NCBI RefSeq assembly: GCF_047601385.1
Contig: NZ_JASGJP010000001.1
Coordinates: forward strand, 466,487-530,486
DNA from: Ottowia sp.
GTDB taxonomy: Bacteria; Pseudomonadota; Gammaproteobacteria; Burkholderiales; Burkholderiaceae_C
Reading direction: 5' to 3'
DNA length: 64,000 nucleotides
Within the stretch, counting starts at the first letter, position 1. Each line of letters opens with the position of its first letter. Of the stretch, positions 19,745-30,766 are shown one piece after another. The notes beneath the pieces are model-generated. The model saw nothing but the letters and a program-made list of their open reading frames with translations, was not told the DNA's origin and did no database searches. A program made the translations under genes and the position numbers.

Positions 19745-20106
19745 TGGCTGGCCTCCGCCTGCTGGGCCTTGCGGGCCTCTTCGCGCTCGACGGTCTTCAT
19801 CATCGAGGACGGGCCGGTGTCGGCCTTCTTGCGCAGCACCGTCAGGTGGCGCAGCACGGCGTCGTTGAACTTGAAGGCGTGCTCCAGCTCGCCCATCACG
19901 GCCTGATCGGCCTCGATGTTCAGGCACAGGTAGTGGGCCTTGGCCAGCTTGTTGATCTGGTAGGCCAGCTGGCGGCGGCCCCAGTCTTCCTCGCGGTGGA
20001 TCTTGCCGCCGCCGGCGGTGATCATGCCCTTGTAGCGCTCCAGCATGGCCGGAACCTGCTCGCTTTGATCCGGGTGGATCAGCAGAATGATTTCATAGTG
20101 ACGCAT
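19741..20106 (-). CDS. rpsF: 30S ribosomal protein S6
   Basis: [36 protein letters not shown]. Confidence 0.97.
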   Translation of the reverse strand: MRHYEIILLIHPDQSEQVPAMLERYKGMITAGGGKIHREEDWGRRQLAYQINKLAKAHYLCLNIEADQAVMGELEHAFKFNDAVLRHLTVLRKKADTGPSSMMKTVEREEARKAQQAEASH

Positions 20107-20204
20107 GGACTCTCCTTGTGGATGAAGGCGCTTTGAGCTTTCGCGCAAAGCAAAAGCCGCCCCCGGCGTCAGATCGGGGTGCGGCAAGGGAACCCGGGAT
20201 TATA
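20107..20204 (-). promoter_or_regulatory. rpsF promoter (-10 TATAAT at 20199-20204) and structured leader, possibly the S6:S18 autoregulatory RNA
   Basis: Minus strand: TATAAT, then CCCTTGCCGCACCCC...GGGGGCGGC hairpin, then AAGGAG RBS. Confidence 0.5.
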
Positions 20205-20213
20205 GCCGGGCCG

Positions 20214-21008
20214 TCATTTCAGGCGCGACAGGCGTTCGCGGCCGGCCTGCGCGGCCTCGGACTGCGGGTACGTCTTGACCAGCGAATCCAGCGTGGCGCG
20301 GGCGGCGCGCGTGTCCTTCAGCTCGATCTGGCAGTTGGCGATGGACAGCATGGCCTCGGGCGCGCGCTGGTGGTTGGGCGCGGCCGTCAGCAGCGAGCGG
20401 AAGTTGGTGATGGCTTCCTTGTAGTCGCGCGTGGCGTACTGCGCATTGCCCAGCCAGAACAGTGCCGACGGCGCCAGCGTGCTGCGCGGGTAGCGCTTGA
20501 TGAAGTTGGCGAAGCCGGTCTGCGAGCCCTTGAAGTCACCCGCACGGAACACCGCCAGCGCGGCGTCGTACTCCTGCTTCTCGCCGCCGGACGCGGCAGC
20601 GGGTTCGCCGCCCTGCGGGGGCGCCGACGCCTGGGCCGACGGATCGGCGGCGCGCGCCGCCTCGCCGGCCTCCAGCTTCTGCAGGCGCTCCTCCAGCGTC
20701 TGCTGCGCGGTCAGCTTCTGGCGCAGCTCGCCGATGTCGCGCGTGAGCTGCTCCTCCTGGCCGCGCGAGCGCGCCAGCTCGCCGCGCAGCGACTCGATCT
20801 GCTGCTGCAAGTCGAGCATGCCGCGGCGCAACTGCGCGTTCTCGTCCACCAGCCGGTTCTGCGCCGTCACCGCCTGGTCGAAGCGCTGGCGCAGGTCCAG
20901 GATGGCCTGGCGCGCCTGGTCGTCGCCGAAAAGCTGCGCCTGCGCGCCCTGCGCGGCGGCCAGCGCCGCCACGGCCAGCACGCCGGCCCTGAGCGAAGTC
21001 CTGATCAT
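20214..21008 (-). CDS. cpoB: Tol-Pal TPR protein CpoB/YbgF
   Basis: QLFGDDQARQAILDLR, TPR region ALFWLGNAQY..APEAMLSIA; downstream of pal. Confidence 0.92.
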   Translation of the reverse strand: MIRTSLRAGVLAVAALAAAQGAQAQLFGDDQARQAILDLRQRFDQAVTAQNRLVDENAQLRRGMLDLQQQIESLRGELARSRGQEEQLTRDIGELRQKLTAQQTLEERLQKLEAGEAARAADPSAQASAPPQGGEPAAASGGEKQEYDAALAVFRAGDFKGSQTGFANFIKRYPRSTLAPSALFWLGNAQYATRDYKEAITNFRSLLTAAPNHQRAPEAMLSIANCQIELKDTRAARATLDSLVKTYPQSEAAQAGRERLSRLK

Positions 21009-21020
21009 GGAAGCCTTCGC

Positions 21021-21560
21021 TCAGCGGTAGCGCAGCTCGACGCGGCGGTTCTGCGAATAGGCGTCCTCGCTGGAGCCGGTGGCGGCGGGCTTCTCCTCGC
21101 CGAAGCTCACGGCCTCGATCTGCGCGTCGCCGGCGCCCACCAGGGTCAGCGCGCGGCGCACGGCCTCGGCGCGCTTCTGGCCCAGCGCCAGGTTGTATTC
21201 GCGGCTGCCGCGCTCGTCGGTATGACCTTCCAGCGACACGCCGCGGCCCTTGTTGGCCTGCAAGAAGCGAGCGTGCTGGTCCACCAGGCCCTGGTATTCG
21301 GGCTTGACGGTGAAGCTGTCGAAGTCGAACAGGATCACGCGACCCACGCCCACCGGACCCTGCGCGTCGGCACCAGGGCCGCCGGCCTGCACCTGCGTGA
21401 CGGTGCTCTCGCCCGTGCCCTGCCCGGTTGCGCCTGCACCGGCGCCCGCGCTGGCGCCGGTGGTGGGGCTGCCCTCGACGGGCGGGTCCATCTTGACGTT
21501 GGAGCCGCAACCGGCCAACACCACGGCCAGCGCGGCCACCATCAGATAACGCTTCATCAT
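21021..21560 (-). CDS. pal: Peptidoglycan-associated lipoprotein
   Basis: Lipobox LAGC; EGHTDERGSREYNLALGQKRA; QNRRVE. Confidence 0.97.
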   Translation of the reverse strand: MMKRYLMVAALAVVLAGCGSNVKMDPPVEGSPTTGASAGAGAGATGQGTGESTVTQVQAGGPGADAQGPVGVGRVILFDFDSFTVKPEYQGLVDQHARFLQANKGRGVSLEGHTDERGSREYNLALGQKRAEAVRRALTLVGAGDAQIEAVSFGEEKPAATGSSEDAYSQNRRVELRYR

Positions 21561-21615
21561 CTCTGCTCTCCTGGATTGATACGAAATGGAAGGCCCGCCC
21601 CGCGGGCCCGGAAAT

Positions 21616-22914
21616 TCAACGCTGGAACGGCCCCCACGAGGGCTCGCGGATGTCGCCGCCCTGCCCGGCCAGGCGGGCCTTGATCTTGCCGTCGAGCGTA
21701 GTGGTCATCAGGGCCTCGCGGCCGCCCTGGCGGGTGGCGTAGACGATCAACCGGCTGTTGGGCGCGAAACTGGGGTTCTCGTCCTCGGCGGTGTCGGTCA
21801 ACGCGGCCACGTTGCCCGAAGAGAGTTCCATCACGTGCAGTTTGTAGCCGCCGGTGCGTGAGATGTAGGCCAGCCAGCGGCCGTCGGGGCTGATGGCGGG
21901 CGACACGTTGTAGCCGCCGCTGAAGGTGACGCGCTGCGCATTGCCGCCGCTGGCCGGCATGCGGTAGATCTGCGGCGCGCCGCCGCGGTCGCTGACGAAG
22001 TAGATGGTGCTGCCGTCGGGCGAGAAGGCGGGCTCGGTGTCGATGCTCTGCGACTGCGTGAGCCGGCGCGGCTCGCCGCCGCTGGCGCTGATCAGGTACA
22101 GCTGCGAGCCGCCGTCGCGCGACAGCGTAACGGCCAGGCTGCGGCCGTCGGGCGACCAAGCGGGCGCGCTGTTGGAGCCCTTGAAGTTGGCCAGCAGGCG
22201 CCGGCGCCCGGTGGACACGTCGTGCACGTAGATGACCGGCTTGCGCGACTCGAACGACACGTAGGCCAGCTGCGCGCCGCTGGGCGACCAGGTGGGCGAG
22301 ATGATGGGCTCGGGGCTGGAGAGCGCGGGCTGGGCGTTCTCGCCGTCGGAGTCGGCCACCCACAGCGTGTAGCGGCTGCCGCCCTTGGTGACGTAGGCCA
22401 GGCGGGTGGAGAACACGCCCTTCTCGCCGGTGAGCTTCTCGTAGATGTAGTCGGCGATCTTGTGCGCCGCCAGCCGCAAATCGGCCTGCGGCACTACGTA
22501 GCCCTGGCCGCCCAGGTCCTGGCCGCGCACCACGTCCCACAGGCGGAAGCGCACGTCCCAGCGGCCGTCGGGCAGGCGGCTGGCGCTGCCGCCGGCCAGG
22601 GCGTCGGCGGTGCGCTGGCGCCAGACCGACATGTCGGGGCGGGTGGTCTCGTCCATCGACTGGCCGGCGGCATCGACGGGGCGGAACCGGCCGCTGCGCT
22701 CCAGGTCGGCGCGGATGATGGCGCTGATCTTCTGCGGCGCGGCGTCCTCGCCGCGGAACGGCACCAGCGCGATGGGCAGCTGCGTCAGGCCGACGCCGGA
22801 CACTTCGACGCGGAACTGCGCCCAGGCCGGCAGCGCGGGCGCCACGGCCAGCGCGCCCAGCAGGGCGCGGCGAACAGGGTTGGGGGGGGAAATCGGATCG
22901 GATGGCAAGTTCAT
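21616..22914 (-). CDS. tolB: Tol-Pal beta-propeller protein TolB
   Basis: PD40 repeats (PTWSPSG, PAWSPDG, PAFSPDG); AYVSFE. Confidence 0.96.
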   Translation of the reverse strand: MNLPSDPISPPNPVRRALLGALAVAPALPAWAQFRVEVSGVGLTQLPIALVPFRGEDAAPQKISAIIRADLERSGRFRPVDAAGQSMDETTRPDMSVWRQRTADALAGGSASRLPDGRWDVRFRLWDVVRGQDLGGQGYVVPQADLRLAAHKIADYIYEKLTGEKGVFSTRLAYVTKGGSRYTLWVADSDGENAQPALSSPEPIISPTWSPSGAQLAYVSFESRKPVIYVHDVSTGRRRLLANFKGSNSAPAWSPDGRSLAVTLSRDGGSQLYLISASGGEPRRLTQSQSIDTEPAFSPDGSTIYFVSDRGGAPQIYRMPASGGNAQRVTFSGGYNVSPAISPDGRWLAYISRTGGYKLHVMELSSGNVAALTDTAEDENPSFAPNSRLIVYATRQGGREALMTTTLDGKIKARLAGQGGDIREPSWGPFQR

Positions 22915-23079
22915 GTCCAGAATGCGGCGGATCGGTCCCGGCAGGAGAGAAGGGGCGCCGCCCTGCCCTGAAAAGCCGCCAATGGTAGCAAGCCGGCATG
23001 TCGCCGCGTTTCAAACTGTGCATTGGTCCATGGGCGCACGGCCGAAGTTCCCGCCGCGTTCGTAGAATCGCCGCAGCCG

Positions 23080-24885
23080 ATGCCCGACCACCCCGCCCCG
23101 CCCCCACCATCGACCGCCGCCGAGCGCCCGCTCAAGGACCGCCTGCTGCGGCTGTGGACGTATTTCCGCGAGTACCGGCTGGGCTGGGCCATCGCCGTCA
23201 TCGGCTCGCTGGTCAGCGCGCTGACCGAGGCGTCGGTACCGATGCTGCTCAAGCCGCTGCTGGACGAGGGGTTCACCCAGGGCAGCCTGCCGGTCTGGGC
23301 GGTGCCGCTGGCCATCGTCGGGCTGTTCGCGCTGCGCGGCTTCGCCCACTTCGGCAGCCAGTACGCGCTGGCGCGCATCGCCAGCGAGGGCATGGTCAAG
23401 CTGCGGCGCCAGCTGTTCGACCGCCTGCTGACGGCCGACCTCGCGCTGTTCTCACGCCAGTCGGCCAGCCAGCTCTCCAACACCATCGTGTACGAGGTGC
23501 AGACCGGCGCCACCCTGCTGGTCACCGCGCTGCTCAACCTGGCGCGCGACAGCTTCACCGTGCTGGCGCTGCTGGCCTACCTGTTCTATTTGAACTGGTC
23601 GCTGACGCTGATCGTGTTCCTGCTGGTGCCGATCGTCGCCTGGATCATGAAGACCATGTCGCGGCGCCTGTACCGCTACACGCGCCAGAGCCAGGCCACC
23701 ACCGACGAGCTGGCCTACGTGGTGGAAGAAAACGTGCTGGCCCACCGCATGGTGCGGCTGCACGGCGCGCAGGCGCAGCAGGCGCGGCGCTTCGACGAAC
23801 TCAGCCGCAAGCTGCGCGGCCTGACCGTGAAGGCCGCCAGCGCTTCGGCCGGCGCCATGCCGCTGGCGCAGATGGCGGCGGCGGTGGCGCTGTCGGTGGT
23901 GATCGGCATCGCGCTCTACCAGGGCCAGAGCAGCGACGGGCGCAGCATCACGGTGGGCGGCTTCGTGGCCTTCATCAGCGCCATGCTGATGCTGGTCCAG
24001 CCGCTGCGCCGGCTGACCGACGTGATCGGCCCCGTCACGCGCGGCCTGACGGCGCTGGAGCGCGGCCTGGACCTGATGGCCGAGGTGCTGCCGGAGCCCG
24101 GCGCCGAGGCCGATGCGGGCGGCCCGGCCCCACGCGCGCGCGGCGACATCGCGCTGCGCGGCGTCAGCGTGGCCTACGCGGCCGACGGCGCGCCGGCATT
24201 GGACCAGCTCGACCTCGAAGTGCGCGCGGGCGAGACGGTGGCGCTGGTCGGCCCCTCCGGCGCCGGCAAGACGACGCTGGTCAACCTGCTGCCGCGCTTC
24301 GTGGCGCCCAGCGCCGGCCAGGTGCTGCTGGACGGCCGCGACGCGGCCGACTGGCCGCTGCCCGCGCTGCGCGCGCAGATGGCGCTGGTCAGCCAGGACG
24401 TGGTGATGCTCAACGACACCGTGGCCGCCAACGTGGCGCTGGGCGCGCCCGCCATCGACCGCGCGCGCGTGCAGCGCTGCCTGGAAGACGCCAACCTGGC
24501 CGCCCACGTCGCCACCCTGCCGCAGGGCATGGACACGGTGCTGGGCCACAACGCCACGCAGCTCTCGGGCGGGCAGCGCCAGCGCCTGGCGATCGCCCGC
24601 GCGCTGTACAAGGATGCGCCGGTGCTGCTGCTGGACGAGGCCACCTCGGCGCTGGACACCGAGAGCGAGCGCCTGGTGCAGCAGGCCATGGCGCGCGCCA
24701 TGGCCGGCCGCACCACGCTGGTCATCGCGCACCGGCTCTCGACCATCGAGCACGCCGACCGCATCGTCGTGATGGAGCGCGGCCGCATCGCCGAGCAGGG
24801 CACGCACGCGGCGCTGCTGGCCCAGGGCGGGCTGTACGCGCGCCTGCACAGCGCGGCGAGGCTGACGCCCGGCCCCGACCTCTGA
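23080..24885 (+). CDS. msbA: Lipid A export ABC transporter
   Basis: TM domain plus [34 protein letters not shown]. Confidence 0.88.
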   Translation: MPDHPAPPPPSTAAERPLKDRLLRLWTYFREYRLGWAIAVIGSLVSALTEASVPMLLKPLLDEGFTQGSLPVWAVPLAIVGLFALRGFAHFGSQYALARIASEGMVKLRRQLFDRLLTADLALFSRQSASQLSNTIVYEVQTGATLLVTALLNLARDSFTVLALLAYLFYLNWSLTLIVFLLVPIVAWIMKTMSRRLYRYTRQSQATTDELAYVVEENVLAHRMVRLHGAQAQQARRFDELSRKLRGLTVKAASASAGAMPLAQMAAAVALSVVIGIALYQGQSSDGRSITVGGFVAFISAMLMLVQPLRRLTDVIGPVTRGLTALERGLDLMAEVLPEPGAEADAGGPAPRARGDIALRGVSVAYAADGAPALDQLDLEVRAGETVALVGPSGAGKTTLVNLLPRFVAPSAGQVLLDGRDAADWPLPALRAQMALVSQDVVMLNDTVAANVALGAPAIDRARVQRCLEDANLAAHVATLPQGMDTVLGHNATQLSGGQRQRLAIARALYKDAPVLLLDEATSALDTESERLVQQAMARAMAGRTTLVIAHRLSTIEHADRIVVMERGRIAEQGTHAALLAQGGLYARLHSAARLTPGPDL

Positions 24886-24886
24886 T

Positions 24887-24948
24887 GCTACTTATTGCAT
24901 AGCTTCCAGCGCTTGTCTGGCGGGCGCTGGAAGCCTCTTTTATGGAAA
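24887..24948 (+). repeat. 62-bp element filling the msbA/rng convergent gap
   Basis: GCTAC-TTATTGC-ATAGC, 28 nt, then AGCC. Confidence 0.85.
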
Positions 24949-26439
24949 CTACAACAGCACGATGTCGTAGCGGTCCGGCCCGATGCTGCTCTCGGCTTGC
25001 AGCGAGATGGGCTTGCCGATGAAGTCCGACAGCCCCGCCAGGTGCGTGCTCTCCTCGTCCAGCAGCATGTCCACCACGGCGGGCGCGGCCACCACGCGGA
25101 ATTCCCTGGGGTTGAACTGGCGCGCCTCGCGCAGCAGCTCGCGCAGGATGTCGTAGGCCACGGTGCGCGCCGTGCGCACGCGGCCGGCACCCTGGCACTG
25201 CTCGCAGGGCTCGCACAGCAGCTGCGCCAGCGATTCGCGCGTGCGCTTGCGCGTCATCTCCACCAGGCCCAGCGGCGAGAAGCTGCCCACCTGCGTCTTC
25301 ACGCGGTCGCGCGCGAGCTGCTTGCGGAACTCGGCCAGCACGGCCTGCTGATGCTCGGGCTGCGCCATGTCGATGAAGTCGATGATGACGATGCCGCCCA
25401 GGTTGCGCAGCCGCAGCTGGCGGGCGATGGCCTGCGCCGCCTCCAGGTTGGTCTTGAAGACCGTGTCGTCGAAGTTGCGCGCGCCGACGAAGCCGCCGGT
25501 GTTGACGTCGATGGTGGTCAGCGCCTCGGTCTGGTCGATGATGAGGTAGCCGCCCGACTTCAGGTCCACACGCCGGCCCAGTGCCTTGGTGACTTCCTCG
25601 TCCACCGAATACAGGTCGAAGATCGGCCGCTCGCCCTTGTAGTGCTGCAAGCGCGCGGCGGCGGCGGGCATGTATTCGCGCCCGAAGGCCATCAGCACGT
25701 GGAACTGCTCGGTGGAGTCGATGCGGATGGTGCTGGTGTGCTCGCCCGCCATGTCGCGCAGCACGCGCTGCAGCAGGCTCAGGTCCTGGTGCAGCAGGCT
25801 GGCGGGCGGCTGCTGCACCGAGGCTTCGCGGATGCGCGCCCAGGCCTTGCGCAGGTAGGCGATGTCCTCGGCCAGCTCGGCGTCCTCCGCATCCTCGGCG
25901 TTCGTGCGCAGGATGTAGCCGCCCGGCTTGGCACCCTCGGCCGCCGCCTGGGCCAGCGCCTGCACGCGGGCGCGCAGCGCGTCGCGCTGGGCGGCGGGGA
26001 TCTTCTGCGACACGCCCACATGCTCGTCCTGCGGCAGGAACACCAGCATGCGCCCGGCGATGCTGATCTGCGTGGACAGGCGCGCGCCCTTGGTGCCGAT
26101 GGGGTCCTTGATGACCTGCACCATCAGCGTCTGGCCCTCGAACACCTGCTTCTCGATCGGGCGCGGCGGCGCGCCGTGGCGGTGCGCCGGCAGCGTCTCG
26201 CCCTCCAGCGGGCGCTGCCACAGGTCGGCCACGTGCAGGAAGGCCGCGCGCTCCAGCCCGATGTCGACGAAGGCCGACTGCATGCCCGGCAGCACGCGCG
26301 CCACCTTGCCCAGGTAGATGTTGCCGACCAGCCCGCGCTCCAGCGTGCGCTCGACGTGCACCTCCTGCACGGCGCCGTTCTCGACGATGGCCACGCGCGT
26401 CTCCTGCGGCGACCAGTTGATGAGGATCTCTTGCTGCAT
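24949..26439 (-). CDS. rng: Ribonuclease G
   Basis: VGNIYLGKVARVLPGMQSAFVDIG; IDVNTG; RNLGGIVIIDFIDM. Confidence 0.96.
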   Translation of the reverse strand: MQQEILINWSPQETRVAIVENGAVQEVHVERTLERGLVGNIYLGKVARVLPGMQSAFVDIGLERAAFLHVADLWQRPLEGETLPAHRHGAPPRPIEKQVFEGQTLMVQVIKDPIGTKGARLSTQISIAGRMLVFLPQDEHVGVSQKIPAAQRDALRARVQALAQAAAEGAKPGGYILRTNAEDAEDAELAEDIAYLRKAWARIREASVQQPPASLLHQDLSLLQRVLRDMAGEHTSTIRIDSTEQFHVLMAFGREYMPAAAARLQHYKGERPIFDLYSVDEEVTKALGRRVDLKSGGYLIIDQTEALTTIDVNTGGFVGARNFDDTVFKTNLEAAQAIARQLRLRNLGGIVIIDFIDMAQPEHQQAVLAEFRKQLARDRVKTQVGSFSPLGLVEMTRKRTRESLAQLLCEPCEQCQGAGRVRTARTVAYDILRELLREARQFNPREFRVVAAPAVVDMLLDEESTHLAGLSDFIGKPISLQAESSIGPDRYDIVLL

Positions 26440-26493
26440 TTTGAATAGCTGCCCGCGCAGGTCTGGTAAGCGCTAGCGCCTGATTTCCTTCAG
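26433..26493 (+). repeat. 62-bp element containing the rng start and maf stop
   Basis: GCTGC-ATTTTGA-ATAGC, 28 nt, then GCCT. Confidence 0.8.
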
Positions 26494-27069
26494 AAGCGCG
26501 GCCGTCTCGAACAGCGGCAGCCCCATGATGCCGCTGTAGCTGCCGCTGATGTGGCATGCGAAGGCCGCCGCGCGGCCCTGGATGCCGTAGGCGCCGGCCT
26601 TGCCCTGCCATTCGCCGCTGGCCACGTAGGCGGCGATGTCGGCTTCAGCGAGGCGGGCGAAGCGCACGCGCGATTCGCTCAGCGCCTCGTGCCGCGCGTC
26701 GCCGGCCTGCACGGCCACGAAGGTGAGCACGCGGTGCGTGCCGCCCGACAGTGCGCGCAGCATGTCGGCGGCCTCCTCCGCATCTGCCGGTTTGCCCAGG
26801 ATGCGGCGGCCCAGCGCCACCGTGGTGTCGGCGCACAGCACCGGCGCGGGCGTGCGCTGCTGGCGCGCCAGGCGCTCCACCGCGTCCGCCAGCTTCAGGC
26901 GCGTGACGCGCCGCACGTAGGCGGCCGGCGCCTCGCCGGGGCGCACGGCCTCCAGCGCCTCGGCGGCCTCGGCGTCGTCGGGCGGCAGCAGGGCCAGAGC
27001 AACGCCGATCTGCTCCAGCAGTTGGCGGCGGCGCGGGCTTTGCGAGGCGAGGTAGATGAAATCAGACAC
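26473..27069 (-). CDS. maf: Maf-family nucleotide pyrophosphatase
   Basis: YLASQSPRRRQLL, CADTTV, GKAGAYGIQG, GSYSGIMGLP; GTG start. Confidence 0.93.
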   Translation of the reverse strand: MSDFIYLASQSPRRRQLLEQIGVALALLPPDDAEAAEALEAVRPGEAPAAYVRRVTRLKLADAVERLARQQRTPAPVLCADTTVALGRRILGKPADAEEAADMLRALSGGTHRVLTFVAVQAGDARHEALSESRVRFARLAEADIAAYVASGEWQGKAGAYGIQGRAAAFACHISGSYSGIMGLPLFETAALLKEIRR

Positions 27070-27171
27070 TTGAACCCATGTAGCGGAAAAGCGGACACGG
27101 AAGCACCACGCGCCCAACGCCCCAGGCAGGGCCGCGCGTGAATGACCCGCGAGCCACGCACTTCGGAACCG

Positions 27172-27939
27172 TCAGCATGCCACGGCCCAACGCAAGCCCG
27201 CCGGCAATGCTGGCGGCGCAAAGACGAAATGCAGCACGCGCCGGCGCCGGCCAGCGGCTGCCTGGGCGTCCGCGCCCTGCGGCGCCATGCGCGAGGAAGC
27301 ATGCACGAGCAAGGGGCGCATCAGCAAGGCGTCCCCCGCCGCGGCCGTGCAGGCCACTTCGCCCAACCGGGTGCGCAACGTGCGGATGATGCGCTGGTCG
27401 GCCGGCAAGCGGCCCAAACGGTGTGACGCGGGCAATACCCGCAATGGCCCGTGGCCCGCTCCGCAGGAATCGATGTGCACGCGCACGGCCAGCAGGCTTT
27501 GCAGGAAATCTGCGGGCGGCTGGCAGAAAGCACCCCCCTGCTTGACCGACCAGCCGCGCCAGCCCGGTGCGTTGGTTTTACCCTGCATGGGCACCGACAG
27601 GTCCTGATGCCAGGCCACCAGCCAGTTGCGCGCGGGGGATTTGTCGAACAGCGTGCACTGCACGGCCAGCGCATCGTCCGCCAGCACGCCTTGCGCCGCC
27701 AGGCGCCGCCGCACGCGGGCCGCCAGCGCCGCGCACCAGGGCTGCGCCAGCAGGTCGCGCTGGCCCGCGTGGGGCAAGGGGTGGCGCAGCAGGCGCTTCA
27801 GCGCACGCGTTTCACGCGCCAGAAGCAGCGACGAGGCCAAGGCATAGCCTTGCGCGCTCAGATCCACCGTCAAAACCGATGGCTCCGGCGCAGCGCGGCA
27901 GCCGGAATCGGCGGGCCGATGATGCGGATCGCTATTCAC
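27172..27939 (-). CDS. Phytanoyl-CoA dioxygenase-family (2OG-Fe(II)) protein
   Basis: [36 protein letters not shown]. Confidence 0.8.
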   Translation of the reverse strand: MNSDPHHRPADSGCRAAPEPSVLTVDLSAQGYALASSLLLARETRALKRLLRHPLPHAGQRDLLAQPWCAALAARVRRRLAAQGVLADDALAVQCTLFDKSPARNWLVAWHQDLSVPMQGKTNAPGWRGWSVKQGGAFCQPPADFLQSLLAVRVHIDSCGAGHGPLRVLPASHRLGRLPADQRIIRTLRTRLGEVACTAAAGDALLMRPLLVHASSRMAPQGADAQAAAGRRRRVLHFVFAPPALPAGLRWAVAC

Positions 27940-28402
27940 GGTGGTACGGATGCCCGGCGTTCACCGACCAGGCGCGGTAGAGCTGCTCGACGAGCAGCAC
28001 GCGCACCATGGCGTGCGGCAGCGTCAGGTCGGACAGGCGGATGCGCTCGTGCGCGGCCTGGCGCAGCGCCGGCTCCAGGCCGTCCGGGCCGCCGATGAGC
28101 AGCGCCACGTCGCCGCCCTGCCCCTGCCAGCGCGCCAGCGCGGCGGCCAGCGCGGGCGTGGTCAGCGCGGTGCCGCGCTCGTCCAGCGCGACGATGTGCG
28201 CGCCCCTGGGGATGGCCGCCTCGATGCGCGCGCGCTCGGCCGCCATCACCTGCGCGGTGGTCTTGCCGCCGCTGCGCGGCTCGGTCTTGAGGGCTTTCAG
28301 CTCCACCCGCAGCTCGGGCGGAAAGCGCTTGGCGTAGTCGTCCCAGGCCGCCTGCGCCCAGCCGGGCACCCGCTGGCCGACGGCGGCGACGACGAGCTTC
28401 AT
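27932..28402 (-). CDS. rlmH: 23S rRNA pseudouridine-1915 N3-methyltransferase
   Basis: [42 protein letters not shown]. Confidence 0.96.
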   Translation of the reverse strand: MKLVVAAVGQRVPGWAQAAWDDYAKRFPPELRVELKALKTEPRSGGKTTAQVMAAERARIEAAIPRGAHIVALDERGTALTTPALAAALARWQGQGGDVALLIGGPDGLEPALRQAAHERIRLSDLTLPHAMVRVLLVEQLYRAWSVNAGHPYHRE

Positions 28403-29070
28403 CGGGCCTTGCTGGGCGCAGCCTTGCGCGGAGCGGCTTTCCTGGCCGGTGCGGCCTGGCGCGGCGCGGCCTTCTTGGCGGGCGCGGGCTTGTTCACGGC
28501 CAGCACCTTCTGCGGCGCCGCCTTCTTGGCGGCGGTCTTGCGCGGCGCGGATTTCCTGGCGGGCGACTGCTTGGCCGCGACCGGCTGGGCGGCGTTTTTC
28601 TTGCCCGCAGCGGCGGATGCCGGCGCTTTCCTGGCAGCTACTTTTTTCGTAGCTGCGGGCGCTTGGCTGGCGGGCGCTGGAGTCGTTTTCTTCTTGATTT
28701 CAGGCGCAGCGGAGCGCAGCCGCACCGGCTTCTCGCCCCAGATCTCTTCCAGGTGGTAGTACTGGCGGATGGCCGGCTGCATGATGTGCGCCACGGCGGC
28801 GCCGCAGTCCACGATGATCCACTCGCCGTTGTCCTCGCCCTCGATGCGCGGCTTGGGGAAGCCGCCTGCGCGCACCTTGTCGCGCACGCTGGAGGCCAGT
28901 GCCTTGGTCTGCCGGTTGGAGGTGCCGCTGGCGACGATCACGCGCTCGAACAGCGGCGAGAGGTGCTCGGTGTTGAACACGCGGATGTCCTGGGCTTTGA
29001 CGTCTTCCAGGCCATCGACGATGGCGCGCTGGAGTTTCTGGACGTCTTTCTTGGCGGCGGTTTCGCTCAT
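28399..29070 (-). CDS. rsfS: Ribosome silencing factor with long Lys/Ala-rich C-terminal tail
   Basis: [40 protein letters not shown], then AKKAAP-type repeats. Confidence 0.93.
   Translation of the reverse strand: MSETAAKKDVQKLQRAIVDGLEDVKAQDIRVFNTEHLSPLFERVIVASGTSNRQTKALASSVRDKVRAGGFPKPRIEGEDNGEWIIVDCGAAVAHIMQPAIRQYYHLEEIWGEKPVRLRSAAPEIKKKTTPAPASQAPAATKKVAARKAPASAAAGKKNAAQPVAAKQSPARKSAPRKTAAKKAAPQKVLAVNKPAPAKKAAPRQAAPARKAAPRKAAPSKAR
28594..28699. repeat. Two-armed element in-frame in the rsfS tail
   Basis: GCAGCTAC-TTTTTTC-GTAGCTGC centre with an arm on each side. Confidence 0.75.
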
Positions 29071-29688
29071 CTAGGCAGGTGTGTAGAGGTGGTGGTCGGC
29101 AATATACCCGGCGACCGGGGCGGGAACCAGATGGCCGATGCCCTGCCCCGCGGCCGCCAGGCGGCGCACCTCGGTGGCGCTGTGCGGCATGGCGGGCAAG
29201 GGGAGCACGCGCACGCGGGCCGGATCGACGGCCAGGCCGGGCAACGGGTTTTTTAGATCAAATTGGCCCTCAGCGCCCGTCTGTCCTGCGCGAGCAGCTA
29301 TGGATACCGTAGCTATGGCGACGATCTCACGGGCCCGCCGCCAGGTGTGAAAGGCCGCTGCCTGGTCGGCGCCGATCTGCAGGAACAGCGCGGCGCCGGG
29401 GTATTGGGCGCGCAGCTCGGTGAGCGTGTCGATGGTGTAGGTGGGGCCGTCGCGGCGCAGCTCGCGGTCATCGACGAACACGCGCGGCAGGCCGCCGAAG
29501 GCCAGCCGGCACATCGCCAGGCGGTCGGCGGCGGGGCTCAGGGGGCGCGACTTGTGCCAGGCGTCGCCCGTGGGCACGACGTGCAGGCGGTCCAGCGCCA
29601 GCTCGGCCACGGCCGCGCGCGCCAGCGCCACGTGGGCGTCGTGCGGCGGATCGAACGCGCCGCCGAATAAACCGGCATTCAAGCCCAT
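29071..29688 (-). CDS. nadD: Nicotinate-nucleotide adenylyltransferase
   Basis: FGGAFDPPHDAH, TYTIDTL, IGADQ, SATEVR. Confidence 0.93.
   Translation of the reverse strand: MGLNAGLFGGAFDPPHDAHVALARAAVAELALDRLHVVPTGDAWHKSRPLSPAADRLAMCRLAFGGLPRVFVDDRELRRDGPTYTIDTLTELRAQYPGAALFLQIGADQAAAFHTWRRAREIVAIATVSIAARAGQTGAEGQFDLKNPLPGLAVDPARVRVLPLPAMPHSATEVRRLAAAGQGIGHLVPAPVAGYIADHHLYTPA
29251..29313 (-). repeat. 62-bp element in-frame in nadD
   Basis: AAATTGGCCCTCAGCGC...GCGCGAGCAGCTAT-GGATACC-GTAGC. Confidence 0.85.
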
Positions 29689-29741
29689 ATCAATCCGCAG
29701 CGCTGCACATCACCCGCAGCGCATGAACCCCAAAGAGCCCA

Positions 29742-29863
29742 AAGGCCGCGGAGCAGGCCATGCCAATGCGCTCCTGGCCGGGGTTCCCCCGGCCAGCGGG
29801 CGCGCCCCCTTGAGGGGGGAGGCGTAACAGCGCGCAGCGCGTGGAGCAACGGGGGTGGGTCAT
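29742..29863. repeat. ~120-bp dispersed repeat, copy 1
   Basis: AAGGCCGCGGAGCAGGCCA...CCCCCTTGAGGGG...GTGGAGCAACGGGGGTGGGTCAT; closely similar copy at 36662-36784. Confidence 0.85.
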
Positions 29864-30765
29864 ATCCATGCGCGCGGCGGCAGGAAGCGCTCGGTCAGCG
29901 CGGCCTCGGGCGAGCCGGGGTGGGGCTGGTACTGGTAGCGCCACGCCACCTGCGGCGGCATGGAGAGCAGGATGGATTCGGTGCGCCCGCCCGATTGCAG
30001 GCCGAAGTGCGTGCCGCGGTCCCACACCAGGTTGAACTCGACGTAGCGGCCGCGCCGCACGCGTTGATGGTCGCGCTCGCGCTCGCCCCAGGGCATGGCG
30101 CGGCGGCGCTCCACGATGGGCAGGTAGGCGGGCAGGAAGGCATCGCCCACGGCGCGGATCAGCGCGAAGCCGTGCTCCGCCCCACCCTCGGCGAAGTCGT
30201 CGAAGAAGATGCCGCCGATGCCGCGCGGCTCGCCGCGATGCTTGTTGAAGAAGTACTCGTCGCACCACTGCTTGAAGCGCGGGTACTTGTCGCCGCCGAA
30301 AGGCGCCAGCGCGTCGCGGCAGACGGCGTGGAAGTGCACGCAGTCGTCCTCGAAGCCGTAGTACGGCGTCAGGTCCATGCCGCCGCCGAACCAGCAGGCG
30401 TCGGCGGCCGCGATCATGCGCACGTTCATGTGCACGGTGGGCACGTAGGGATTGAGCGGATGGAACACCAGCGACACGCCCATCGCCTCGAACGGCGCGC
30501 CGGCCAGTTCGGGCCGATGCTGCGTGGCCGAGGGCGGCAGCCGGGGGCCGCGCACGTGCGAGAAGCCGACGCCGGCGCGCTCGAACACGGCGCCGCCTTC
30601 CAGGATCTTCGTGACGCCGTCGCCCTGCAGCGGCTCGCCGGGCGCCTTCTGCCAGCGGTCTTCGAGGAACCGGGCCGGGCCGTCGAGGGCTTCGATGGCG
30701 CCGGTGATGCGGTCTTGCAGGCCGGCCAGCCAAGCGCGCACGGCGCCGGTATCGATCGTCGGCAT
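29860..30765 (-). CDS. hemF: Oxygen-dependent coproporphyrinogen III oxidase
   Basis: [48 protein letters not shown]. Confidence 0.96.
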   Translation of the reverse strand: MPTIDTGAVRAWLAGLQDRITGAIEALDGPARFLEDRWQKAPGEPLQGDGVTKILEGGAVFERAGVGFSHVRGPRLPPSATQHRPELAGAPFEAMGVSLVFHPLNPYVPTVHMNVRMIAAADACWFGGGMDLTPYYGFEDDCVHFHAVCRDALAPFGGDKYPRFKQWCDEYFFNKHRGEPRGIGGIFFDDFAEGGAEHGFALIRAVGDAFLPAYLPIVERRRAMPWGERERDHQRVRRGRYVEFNLVWDRGTHFGLQSGGRTESILLSMPPQVAWRYQYQPHPGSPEAALTERFLPPRAWI

Positions 30766-30766
30766 A

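Noticed and set aside
20107-20213. tRNA downstream of cpoB
   Set aside because: No cloverleaf or T-loop GTTCGA signature; the interval is the rpsF promoter and leader.
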